Assembly (NCBI GenBank): GCA_022813865.1
Contig: JALDZX010000060.1
Span: forward strand, 62,037-122,731
From: Xylographa opegraphella
Lineage: Eukaryota
Direction: 5' to 3'
Length of the DNA: 60,695 bases
Of this stretch, positions 37,484-49,120 are shown in pieces. The notes beneath the pieces were generated by a model, which did no database searches, was not told the origin of the DNA, and was given only the letters and a program-made list of their open reading frames with translations. Every line of letters begins with the position of its first letter. The stretch's first letter is position 1. Made by a program: the position numbers and the translations under genes.

Positions 37484-39631
37484 ATGATGGCTGACCCAAA
37501 CAATACACAGCAATATCCTGTGTGGGATGACGATGGAACTACTGATGTCCAGTCTCTCTTCAAAAACCCATCATTCGTTCCTGCTGAGCATCGAAGCGGT
37601 GCTGCCACTTACTGGTACAGTAATATGGCCAGCTTCGGGCTTTTCCTCTACGATACACCCACCCAGAGCAACAATGTCTTTCAAAGTGGGCCTGCCATAT
37701 ACAGTAAACTAGCTCCGGGGGGAAACATGCCCGAGGCGGGGCCAGACTACAGCGGTCGGTTCCCAGCCGATGCCATAGAAAAGTTTCGTGTGTGGTATAA
37801 CCAAGGAGGTCGTGTGAAAAAGACAGATCCCATACCCAGCCCGAACGTGCCAGCTCAACCGATTGAGCCTCAACCTGCACGGAAGTTCATAGTCACTGCA
37901 CACCCGGTGTGGGATGCCCAAGGTGCTGAGGATGATATCAAGATGTGTTTCACAGACCCTTGCTGGATCTCCAATGGCTCCAGCAACGCGGCCGACTGGC
38001 GAACGAATATGCTCAATTTTCAGTACGATGCAACGACAGATCCCCCAACCATGTTCGATTTACAGAACTACGGGCATGTCAAAGGATGGGCTCGCAGTGT
38101 CTACGACCATGTTGCATCTAAAGCAATGCCTATTGAGGCACCATTCTTTTCGGACGAGGCTGTAGAGGCATTCAGACTTTGGTATAACCAGGGCTGTCCT
38201 CAGACCCGAAGCCAAGTTGGTGTTGCAAGCGTGCCTAAAGCTCCGATCCCGCCTGAGCCAGTGGAGAAGCCGTTCAAGATGCGGAAGGACATCAACGCGT
38301 TGACCGATTCAGAGCTGACAACCTACCGATTGCAACTCTTGGCCCTCCACAGTAACGCTGTTGAGGACTCCACGTGGCAGACTGGTGGTTTCCTGCATGC
38401 GAATTGGTGCCTTCATTATATGCAGGCTTCGTTTCCGTGGCATAGAGCGCATTTGCTCTGGCTGGAGACCCAGATTGGGGGCCCCATTCCGTATTGGAAC
38501 TTTTACTCATCAAACGCGGCGGACCCAGACTCACCAGATTCTGGAATCCCGCAAGCATTTCTGGATGACAAATTCAAAGATTTTGAAGGAAATTGGCGGG
38601 ATAACCCATTACGCCATGCTCTGGCGCGCAACGGCATGTCCCGTGCATCGACCGCGTCAAACCCGCTTCACCGAGTCAAACGCGCACAGCCATTCGAACA
38701 TCCCGACGGCCCGATCAAACGAGCGGATTACATCACGCAGCATGTACCTACCTATCTTGACCAGATCTACCATGCCACTGTCATGCAGAGTATCGGCGAT
38801 ACAGAGGGAGCAGGGTACCCATTCACCTTTGCGCAGCCCGACCTGACGCCCGACAACCTCGCCAAATACTACCAAGATCACCTCATGGAGTATGATGGCG
38901 CTCTCGAACAAGCCCATGATAACCTGCACGGCTGGGCTGGTCCCGATATGGCAAATAACAGCTATGCCGCTTTCGACCCGCTCTTCTGGTCGTTCCATGC
39001 GAATTTTGACCGCCTCTTCGAGACGTGGATACGCACTCACGAGCAGCAGGATTGGACGTCCAACTTCCCACTCCGCCCGTTCAAGGGTCGAGAGGGACGG
39101 ATCGATGTTATCGAAGGCGATCCATTTGTCTACAAGTATACCAATATCGGCGACATGGTCATGAATTGCAAGGCCCTAGGATATACGTACGCTCCCCCCA
39201 AAAGCCCGGACTACGCACCACCTCCGTCAAAGATCAGCCACGCTCTTGCACCGATCGTGTTCTTCCCAAATGTCAAGTGTACGGATAAAACATATGTCGT
39301 TCACGTCGCGCTCGACAATGGCGACGGCAAGAAGCTTGTCGTCGGGCAGCCAGGTTATGTTGGCAGCATCACGCGCCTCGGGATGGGCCCGGACAACGGT
39401 AATGATCGATGTATTCAGAATGGTGTTCTCCGAAGACTGGAAGCCGCCAAGGCAGTGCAAGACATCGGTGGCATGAAGCCGCACAGCGAAGTTAAATTGA
39501 AGCTGTTCGTCGTGGAGGATGGAGCAGGTCAGCCTGCCAGGGAGGTATCGGAAGTTGAGTACAGAGACTGGCCGGGCTTCAAGCCGCTGGTCATCTGGGA
39601 CAAGCCTGTCGCTGGCGTGGTAGCTCATTGA
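37484..39631 (+). CDS. Intronless cytosolic tyrosinase (type-3 copper) with two tandem N-terminal ~100-aa domains
   Basis: CuA: FLHANWCLHYMQASFPWHRAHL. CuB: EQAHDNLHGWAG...AAFDPLFWSFHANFDRLF. Also IPYWNF, LRPF and LGYTY. No signal peptide. Confidence 0.92.
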   Translation: MMADPNNTQQYPVWDDDGTTDVQSLFKNPSFVPAEHRSGAATYWYSNMASFGLFLYDTPTQSNNVFQSGPAIYSKLAPGGNMPEAGPDYSGRFPADAIEKFRVWYNQGGRVKKTDPIPSPNVPAQPIEPQPARKFIVTAHPVWDAQGAEDDIKMCFTDPCWISNGSSNAADWRTNMLNFQYDATTDPPTMFDLQNYGHVKGWARSVYDHVASKAMPIEAPFFSDEAVEAFRLWYNQGCPQTRSQVGVASVPKAPIPPEPVEKPFKMRKDINALTDSELTTYRLQLLALHSNAVEDSTWQTGGFLHANWCLHYMQASFPWHRAHLLWLETQIGGPIPYWNFYSSNAADPDSPDSGIPQAFLDDKFKDFEGNWRDNPLRHALARNGMSRASTASNPLHRVKRAQPFEHPDGPIKRADYITQHVPTYLDQIYHATVMQSIGDTEGAGYPFTFAQPDLTPDNLAKYYQDHLMEYDGALEQAHDNLHGWAGPDMANNSYAAFDPLFWSFHANFDRLFETWIRTHEQQDWTSNFPLRPFKGREGRIDVIEGDPFVYKYTNIGDMVMNCKALGYTYAPPKSPDYAPPPSKISHALAPIVFFPNVKCTDKTYVVHVALDNGDGKKLVVGQPGYVGSITRLGMGPDNGNDRCIQNGVLRRLEAAKAVQDIGGMKPHSEVKLKLFVVEDGAGQPAREVSEVEYRDWPGFKPLVIWDKPVAGVVAH

Positions 39632-39804
39632 GTGCACAGTTATTTCGTGTGTTCCGACGTATTCGTATTACTACGAACTCTCTTTCCTTGCTGCCTGTCG
39701 CTGTTAGTGTCGCCGTCTCTATTATCGCTGCTACTTTCATGAGTAAATGATAGGCGTTCGCAGTAGTACGGCAGCGATAGCTATAACAACAGCGACAGCG
39801 ATGT

Positions 39805-39881
39805 ATAGCCACAGCGATAAATAGCCACAGCGATAAATAGCCACAGCGATAAATAGCCACAGCGATAAATAGCCACAGCGA
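39805..39881. repeat. 16-bp tandem repeat ATAGCCACAGCGATAA, ~4.8 copies
   Basis: Perfect copies from 39805, with degenerate units upstream (39770-39804). Confidence 0.95.
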
Positions 39882-41433
39882 AACTGTTGTGGCGCTTGGC
39901 GCTTACACATGTACATATGCCCACCACAGTAGAAGTTAGCTTCAGGATCAAACATCAGACCTCACGAATACAATATGTTTAATCCCGACACACAAGGTGT
40001 CATATATTGAGCACTGTACCGTACCAGTCAGGCAGTTTGCTTCTATCAGAGTTCGGTGCGGGCTGAAGCATTGTAAATACGTGACACCTGTGACGGGCAA
40101 CATTGATATTTCTGACAGCGCAGAGGGATTTCAGAGCGAGACTTTTGGCAGCAAATGCATAAATGTAGATTCGAAGTCCGATTCGCGTATTTCTTTAATG
40201 GTGACTTTGGGACCAGAGCGCATCTAGAGCAATATCTTTCGATCGATTTATTTTACACATTCAGAGAATCTCAAGCAGTTTCAATAGCGAATACGCTAGT
40301 TTATCTACTGCGGCTTATACAATGTCAATTGCCTGTAATGATACATGGTTTGATCGGATGATTGATACTCTAGCTATCGATAAACATATTAGTAAATACA
40401 CTGGCCTCCTTAGTAGCAGGTGTAAGAATATCTTACAAATCTATATACATGAAACGCAAAAAGGGGAACGGGGAGGTTGCTAAAACCGAAGGGAGTTACT
40501 GTAAAGGAATTCGTAGGAAGTCCGCAGCAGCCTAGTTGAGTAGGCAAAGGGGTAGGCAAAAGGATTGGATCGGGGTCGCAGCTAGGTCAAGTCTTTTCTG
40601 AATAAGGTNACTATCCGTCCGACAGAGAGTGAAAAGAAGAAAAAACGAATTAACTGCCGTTGTGGCTCTGCTGCTCTATCGCTATATGTAGATGCGTGAG
40701 GAAGGAAGCTCGAAATCCAAAGAGCGCCCAAAAGACCCGCCCCGAATCCACCACATTACCAGAATCGAAAAGGAATGCCAGTTTCTAAGACGTGGCAGTG
40801 TTTAGGGCAGCACCCTTTGCTAAACGTACCCGTTAGAAAAGGATGATTCATCCACTCCTTAGCGTATTGTATTGCTTTGTGAAGAACCCCTTCCTTACCT
40901 TCACGGTAGTGGCCGAGTTGGTAAATCATATCACTTGAATGCCGACGGAGACCGCCGATACTCTATTATTTTTCAGATGAGTTCGCCTCCACGATCAGCG
41001 GCATCGGTTCTCATGTCGATCGGATCTGGAGTTGCACCAGGCTCCTCCAGAAGCAGCTAGATAGTAATATGATTATTGCTGTGAGAGGAACCATTCGGCC
41101 ATGCGGCGGTAGTAGAGATCGTCACTCGAATGGGTTTGAGCTTCGAAGTATTGCTTTCGAAATATACGAGGTGCTCGTCTCCTTCAAGACCAACAGTATG
41201 GTTGATAGAAGTAGCTGCGGTACATGCGCCTGGCGCAAACAATATGGGTACGATCCCAAGGACTCCAAAAATCGGGAAAACATTCAGGAAATATAACTCC
41301 GTGTGTAGAAATCTGGGGTAGTGCTAGAAAAGCAAGCGAAGATTTGATTGGTACAAGATACACATCCATCGGTCAAAAAATTCGCTTCGCTTCGATAGCC
41401 AAAGAACCAAACAATCATCGGGTCAAGAACTGG

Positions 41434-42406
41434 CTACGTGGAACTTTCAAGCTCACGGCAATGTTCTGGTCCCCGCAAATCCTGCCGCCGCTGCGCCACG
41501 AACGGTCCATGCTCAGCTACATTGCCGTCGGCGTCCACTTCGTGTTTGACCTCGTCAACTCCCAATTCCAGTCTCTCACGAGGCTCAAGCTCCTGGTAAT
41601 TAGGCTGATTGACATCCCGTCGGGACCGTCGATGTCTGCTAACCCAAAGATAGAGTCCCATCGTCAGCAATGCAATAGTACCGACCGGCACGGCTACACC
41701 GATAGCCGCTCGATCACCTGTACTTAAGCCTGTCGCAGGCACCACGGGAGGCTGCGATGATCCATTGCTCTGAGGCGCGTTCGAAGGAGAAATTGCAGAA
41801 GTTATGGTAGCAATTGCGGTCACCGTTACCGATACAGTCTTAGCCACTTGCTGTGTGTTTGTTGGTATGGGTGTTGGGGCAGGAACGATGGTAGCCAGGC
41901 CTCCAGCACTGCACGTTGGGTTGCCAAGAGAAGAGATAAACATGGACACTGCTGTACTCTGAAATAATGTGTTGGCTCCACTCGGAATTGATATGGACAC
42001 TGGCGGCTCAACGGCATTCGGTGTTCCCGTTGTAACGAAACACTGTCCACCTTGCAAAACTGTAGACACCACCGAATATGCTGTAAAAACAAGATAGGTA
42101 TTCGTGGTTGTAAATGCGCTGTGCCATAATCAATAGGCGATATTTTGCGTGCTGTGGATCAACGTACCTGCTCGTTATTCCGAGAGGAACTTGGTACTGC
42201 TCATTCACAAGGCTTTCGATACCCGCCATCACGTAGCATCCAGCACAGCTCTATGTGGGAATGAGACTGACTTCACAAGTTTAGTCTCGGCTGCTGTAGC
42301 TTCCCACTCAACCCACGGTCTGACCTTGGGGTACTCCAGCGCAACGCCATCTCGACGAAAAAGTCGCGAGAAGGACCAGGCATATTCCTATCCTGTAGAG
42401 CGGCAT
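41434..42406 (-). CDS. Type I cell-surface membrane protein (Mid2/Wsc-like layout); exon boundaries approximate
   Basis: Signal-like MPLYRIGICLVLLATFSS; Ser/Thr-rich stalk; TM GLSTGDRAAIGVAVPVGTIALLTMGLYLWV followed by basic SRHRRSRR; cytosolic ELE/EL motifs. Confidence 0.7.
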
Positions 42407-44557
42407 GAAGACAGCTTGAAGCAAAGAATCTAGAGGGCGACGCTATCCATAAAAGTATGCCAAAACATAGAGAACCAGAGGTCGGAGAAGAGCAGGCACG
42501 AAAAGAACTCGACCCCGCAAAGGGAGAAAGCCGGAGCCCCGTCGTTGGACAAGAGGCTGTGCACTGCACATGCACGGCTGAGGGGAAGCAAAGATACATG
42601 CAGATCGCAGAATAAGGCTGCTGTTGGTGGTGGGAATTTCTCCCCACCATCATGGGTTCTGGATTGTTCTCCCTTCACGACGTAGACAAAAAGAAATTGC
42701 GTAGAGAAAGACATATCGAAATCACGAGTAGGGATTGCCTTGAGAAATGCATTGTAAACCTTCATGTGTTCAAGGTCCAAGTCAGCCGACCCTATCAAGA
42801 TATTTCGATAAAAAAAGAAATTATCGCGGAATCGACACGAACCCTAAATTGAATTTTTAGGCGCAAAATGGCCGCTAAACTTACCCCGGTACGGTTTAAA
42901 TGTTTATAAATTACATATTACCTTATTATATAACAACCAGCGGCCATGGTGTATGATTAAATTTAAAGCTTTTAACCATGACAGCGAGATAGAATCCCAT
43001 GTAAAAATTACAGTCCGTCGTTAGCGTTACCGTCCACGTATGAAAATACTCAACCTTGAATTCTAGCTTGGAACATCCAGCCTTATGAAGCCTGCTGACC
43101 AAGGTATTGGCTACACCAAACTATAGCCACCGCAACGAGCAGACTTAGACGAACGCCCCCAGCAAGTGAAACGATGGCCCGTATGGGGCCCATGGGGCAG
43201 AAATTCCACTGGGCGTGGACGCCCTGCTCGTTCGAGGGATCGCGAAAAGCGCTGTAATTGCACATGGTTAGTGTGCGGTGGGGGTGGCAACAAAGCCGGT
43301 TGACGATTTGGTCGTGGACGGAGGGCTGGAGTGTGATGTGAGCGGTAAGTCTGTGGTAATTTGGGGACAGAAATTGGTGAGGAAGAATTACGAAGAGAGG
43401 GTTAAGATCGGGAGGAATAGGAGGCCCACAGAGGACGTTTTGGGAATTTCGGTGTGGATAAAACGCTTGTGTGAACGAGTGTATGGCAATAGCAGGGTAT
43501 TGTAGAAATCAGAGGAAATAGTAACTTCGCATAAATATGCTTCACTCGAGTGACATTATTCATGAAGACAAGATATTTTCAAACATGCTCGATTTGGGTA
43601 TACTGTCATTGAACATTATAACCTACCTTGACCCACTACCAACCAATCCAAGATCAACCTTCTGTTGACCGCCGTGTTTCGGATGAATGACTGAATCTCA
43701 TTAGCGCATACCCAGGGATTGGAGTACTTAGCTTTATCTGGGAGTTCGTTTCTTTCATCTGTTTCCACGCATGAGCATCAATTTCAGTGAGTTTGGATAG
43801 GTGCTAGGTAAGAAGTCCGACCCTGGCCGTGCAAGAAGGTCATGGGACTATGTTCCGGGAGGGATATGTCGAGTCAGACATTTCTTCCCGTCAGGGGCCA
43901 CAGCTTTCATGATCAGCAAACAAGGAATTCGGCGGTGTGGATTCGGATGTGTGCGCAAGTCCTGGATGCAAGAATTTCGTAGGCTACTTGTGTTAGGATG
44001 TCGAAACGGCGTTGACAAAGAGAGACATCGTAAATGGATCCAGAAAAAGTGCGCACTATGGCAATACAGAGACTGACCATGAAACAGGGACAACGCATCG
44101 ACGCTACCATGCGTCAAACTTGTCTTAAAGAAAATGATGTAGTCGGATTTTAACAATGTGGCAGTACTCAATTTCTTTCCCATAAATCAGCACAAGCCTC
44201 TGGGAACAGATCACTCACCTTTTCTCCCTTTCATAATCTTATATTCGAGCAATGTCGACGCAGAAAGTTCCAGCACCGTCGAAGCCAACTTCCTTAACAT
44301 AAATTAGCACAAACCCTGGGGAACAGATCACTCATCTTTTCTTCCCTATATAATATGTCAATCTCAAATTATCCACTTTTCTAAATATCAAAGAATCGAG
44401 TCGACCATCTACCTAAAACAATGAATTCTCCTTGCGATCCAAAAATCGAAGTCGACCATGTGTCGAAAATGAAACAAATGGCAACTTTGGCCGCATCAGC
44501 ACCAACCCACAAATGAGAGCACTTACCTCTCTCCCTCCCACCCGCTGCAGCCATCAT

Positions 44558-45172
44558 TCAACCCTCTATCTCGCACTCTCGCGCTTCCCACTCGGTATCC
44601 CACCAAGGCGCGTCGCCGGCCGCGCGATCGAGCTCGTTCTGCAGCTGCTGTGCAGCCGCGGCGTCGTCGTCCAGCTCCGCAGTAAAGTCTGCGTCAGGGG
44701 CAGCGGTCATGACGATGTCATCATCCCGGGCGGCAGTCATGGCAATGTCATCGTCCATGACAGTGTCATCATCAAAGACAATGTACTCATCAAAGTCGAG
44801 GTCATCATCCGGGACAGCGGCGGTCGGGACAACGTCGCCAAAGGCATTGACGAAGGCAACGTCGTCATAAGCATTGGCGGCGACAGTGTCATCGACCGAG
44901 TTTGTGATGGCAGCGTGCAGGCCGAGCTGAAATGTGGCTTGCTCGTCGTCGGCGCAGGTTTTGCAGAGCTGGTCTGCGGAAAGGGGAATAATTCTGCCGA
45001 CGAGGTTGTAGGCGGGCGGGTCGTCGAGGCATGTGTCGAGGCAGGGGTTGCGGATGACTGCAGAGATGTGGTTGCAGGCCGGGTGGTAGTAGACGGCGAC
45101 GTGGCACATCCCGGTGGACTGGTCTTCCGGTATGATGTCGGTATTGTGAATTTGATCTGGGTTTATTGACAT
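44558..45172 (-). CDS. Hypothetical protein with N-terminal Cys/His (putative zinc-binding) motif and very acidic repetitive C-terminus
   Basis: MCHVAVYYHPACNH...C...C...CKTC followed by Asp-rich repeats (DDDIAMTAARDDDIVMTAAPD); coding-like GC3. Confidence 0.6.
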   Translation of the reverse strand: MSINPDQIHNTDIIPEDQSTGMCHVAVYYHPACNHISAVIRNPCLDTCLDDPPAYNLVGRIIPLSADQLCKTCADDEQATFQLGLHAAITNSVDDTVAANAYDDVAFVNAFGDVVPTAAVPDDDLDFDEYIVFDDDTVMDDDIAMTAARDDDIVMTAAPDADFTAELDDDAAAAQQLQNELDRAAGDAPWWDTEWEARECEIEG

Positions 45173-46068
45173 TTTTGATGAAATGCTGTAATGCAATTCT
45201 AAGATGTTGCAGTGTAGATTTGAGAAACTAAAGTTTGATTCTGAGAGTGGAGTTGATGAGAAACAGTGAGAGACACAGTCATAGATATATACCGCAATCG
45301 AAGACATCAAGACAACAATATAGGCCAAAACCCCCATAACAAAAAGCCTCTATGCAGACAACAGCATTGTTTCCCGTACCCCAGCCGCAAAAGCAGAATG
45401 CACACAAAAAGGGTATTGTTCCTGCAAGCTCGCTTTGAGAAGTAGAATCCATTGTATAATTAACAAAGCTCATCTTCTTCAGAGACAGACAAACCAGCAG
45501 CGCGGGTAGTTCTCGAATGGGCACAAAGTTAGCCAGACGATCAAACACTTTGGAAGCTTCCGAACAGCGGGTTGATGCTCTGCATGCATCTCGAAAGCAA
45601 GAACGGAACGGGAACCGTGGACAATACACCAAAAACACATGGGTAAGTAGGATCTGAACAAAGTCAATCGAGGACAATGACATGGATTTTCATCGTTTAT
45701 CGATAAACAATGGACAAAAGATCGAGTCCGGGCAGAAATAAGCCTGGAACCTCGGCGTCGGCGTCAGTTCATCCGAAACATTCGAGGCGAACCTATCTGA
45801 GCCATGAAGAGTTGAGTACGGCCAGTGCGAGAAGCTACCACCATGACAGAAAGACAATCCCATCCTGCCCAGCACACCATTTCCCACATATCCCATCCAT
45901 AAACCCATCCATCTCCCCAAGTTGATCATCCAACATAGTTCTACCCCCACTCACCTGGTATCATCACCACCGCTCAATCACACCCCTATACCCAAGACCT
46001 CCCCTCAACGCCATGGACCCAAAACAAAAGCCCCAATATATCCAACCCCCGCAGCCCAGCCCGCGTAC

Positions 46069-47718
46069 CTAAACAGCCTGCTCCATCTCCGTGATATACA
46101 GCTTGATATGGGCGTCCATCTTCAGATACTCGTCATGCGCGTCCCGGATCTCGGTCTCGATGTTCTCTTTCAGATCCGCCATCTGCAAGCTACCTGTCAG
46201 CCACCTCTCCCTCTCCCCTTTCCTAAGCCCAGTCTCGAAAAATGAAAAACCAAATGGTAAAACCCATTCATTGCGACTTGCCACCAAAAAAAAAAAGCAC
46301 ATACCTTCTTCTCCGTCTGCTCGATCCTCACCCTCCTCCTCTCCATCTCGCGTCCCTTGTCGCCCCTCTCCTCCGTCAGCTTCCGATGCACACTCCTTAG
46401 CTCCTCCATCCGCTTCTTCGCCGCCTCGGCCTTCTCGGCGCTGCCCTTGCGCAACGTTTCCGTGCGTTCCAGCCACCGCGCTAGCTGCCGCTGCAGGAGC
46501 GCCTCCGTGCGCTCGACCTCCCGCACATTGTTGCCTCGCTCCAACAAGGCGTCTCTCCGCTTCGCGGCGTCGACGTTCTCTTCGTCCACCTTCTGCAGCT
46601 CGATGGAGACCTCTTCCAGCACTTTGATGCAGGAGCTGACGTCGGCGGTCACGACGCCGAAAGTGTCCGCGCTCGTTTGAAGCGCCCGCGTGCGCTTCTC
46701 CAATGCTTCGGTGAGGCCCTTGTCTCGGGCAAGGTTCTCGGAGAGCTCGGTGAGGTTGGCTTGCAGCGCCGTCGACGACTGCTGTGCGTACGGACGGAGC
46801 TTCTCGGACTCCTGACGGATGACAAGGCATTTCTCTGTTTTCTCCTCCAAGACACCCGTCAGCCGCTCCTTTTCGCTCTTGGCCTTCTCCATGCGCTCGG
46901 CCACTTTGGCCTGCCCCTTCGTGAGCTCCAACAGTTTCGCTTTCAACTCTTCGTTTCTTTTCATCTTCTCCTTGGCTTGACTCTCCATCATCTTCCGCTC
47001 GCGCCTCATCTCATCCAGCCGGGCTTCCATGTCCTGGTTCTCGATGTACAGGGTGTCGATGCGACCCTTTGTGGTTTCGATCTTGTTGAAGTGCTCATCA
47101 ATGGTGGCGGTCTGGGTTTCGCGGAAGCGGACGAAGTTGATGATGTAGGAGAATATGCGTACGAGGCGGTCGTGGGTGGGGCGGAGGAGGTCGGAAAAGG
47201 AGAAGTCGTTGATGCCGCACTATTGATACGTTTAGCGTCTCCTGTCTTGTGGGTCGTATAATTTTAATATGGACAATGGAAGACAGCAGTCACCTCAACC
47301 AGAAGCTTCTTCAAGGAAGCATAGAACCCCATAAGATTCCGTGTATCCGGAGGAATGATATCCACATACTCCTTGCACACGTCCTCTGCCGCCGCGCGCA
47401 TTGCCGGTTCGACCGTCTCCCTCGTGATATTCATCAGCAGCTCGGCGAACCATTCAAACACCTTCTGGATCTGCTGGGGCTGGGGTTTGAGGAGGTCGTC
47501 GCGGGAGAAGGGTACACCGATGTCGCTGATGCAGCCAGCGATCTCGAGGTCGGACTGCATGCATAGTCAGCAGTGTTCCGTCGTATCTGACTACAGTGTA
47601 GGGATACCAAGCGCATAAAGGCATCGCTGTCGTCCTGCTTCGGTCGGCCTTGACCAGGTCCTCTGCTGGTCTGGTTTTGCGAGCGGAACTGCTGCGAGGC
47701 ACGCCCATTGTAATCCAT
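46069..47718 (-). CDS. NUF2: Kinetochore protein Nuf2 (multi-exon)
   Basis: DSDAFMRL|..[50 protein letters not shown], long coiled coil, [17 protein letters not shown]. Confidence 0.93.
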
Positions 47719-48316
47719 TGCGAATATCGTTGACTGCTAGTGATATTGAAGTGTGGTGTCAGAGCGCTGTGAGCTTGAAATCATTCGCTTGTTGGTTGTG
47801 TCGCATCACGCATAATTGCTGCGAAAGTAAACAATCGGAAGCACGGTCTTTCAGTTCAGCCGGCAGCACCGGGCTAGAGCTATCGAAGCTTAGCTGTGTT
47901 CTCGGGTACATTAACCCCGAGCGGAGTGCCAAGCACACGTGAGTGCAGCCACCGATGTCAAGCGAACGGGGGGGTGGTTATGACCTCACCGATACCAGAT
48001 CGGCGCCTCGATCGCCCTTTCTGGAGCTGCGCTCCGTGGGTGAAGCAGTGGAGTCCAATACTTGAAGCAACTCCACCCAGAAACTTGTCGTTTGGGCCCC
48101 GGCATTGACGCTTGGTCCGGGGATTTTCCCATCATCATTCATGCGTGATTTCCGGTAGTTGTGTTCGTTTGATAGAGGCTGACTTCATCAAGTCCCGGTG
48201 TGGTCGAGTGGCCCAGCGGTGGCCAACGTGGTCGTGCATGCTTGTGACATGACGCGGGCCAAAGCGACGGCTTGTGCCATATCACAGCGACTGGCTCATG
48301 GACAGTAGGTAGTAGC

Positions 48317-48416
48317 TATCATGTCTGTCGGTTAATGCGCACGGGATAGCAGCAATAGAATCGCGGTATCATGTCTGTCGGTTAATGCGCACGGGATAGC
48401 AGCAATAGAATCGCGG
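48317..48416. repeat. Perfect 2x 50-bp tandem duplication
   Basis: TATCATGTCTGTCGGTTAATGCGCACGGGATAGCAGCAATAGAATCGCGG at 48317 and 48367. Confidence 0.95.
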
Positions 48417-49006
48417 ATGGGTAATCAACAGTAACATAGTAGTGAATTCCCGTTTCCCCATTTCAATAATTAATCGTCGAACGGCCAGAAGCACTATCAT
48501 GGCGGGGATCGTGGTGGATCACGACTTATCAGATTCTTCCCCTGGGACAAGCGTCGGCCTTTTGGCAGGTATTATTCAGGTACGCAGGACACTGACGTCC
48601 TCTGCAGGTGCATGACAGCCCGCTCTGCTGCCCTACCTTATCCTCCCGTGTCTCCGCCAGTGATGTCCGGTTTACACACTTCCCCCTTTCAAATCCGCGA
48701 GCTCCTGTGCTCTTTCTCCGTCATCGAATATCACAATACACACACCCTCATGGATGAGCGACTTGGCTGAGGAGGCATGGTCAGCCTCCCCGACGCCCCT
48801 GACCCTGTGACATCGATTGTGGCGTCTGTTCATCGCCGGCTCGCTCGCTGAGACTCTCGGACCGGGGTCACGCCCTGTTTCCGCGTTGGGATTGGCCGCT
48901 GTTGACCATGACGGAAGGCGGCCGATCTCCGTCTCTTGAGTGAGGTGCGGTAGGGAGTAAGAGCGCGACTAGAGGCCTACGTACTAACCCAATCTATCGT
49001 GCAAGA

Positions 49007-49120
49007 CTCTGACCTCTGACCTCTGTGTCTGACCTTTGATCTCTGATCTCTGACCTTCGTTCCAGCCCGCGACGGCTCAACGTCTACTTACTACTTACTA
49101 CTTACTACCTTACCTTACCT
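49007..49120. repeat. Short degenerate 7-mer arrays (CTCTGAC-like; CTACTTA-like)
   Basis: ctctgacctctgacctctg... at 49007-49056 and ctacttactacttacta... at 49084-49120. Confidence 0.7.

Noticed and set aside
40200..43050. AT/TpA-rich patches (40.2-40.9 kb, 42.85-43.0 kb) as RIP-degraded transposons
   Set aside because: No terminal repeats, target-site duplications or transposase/RT remnants could be identified by eye.
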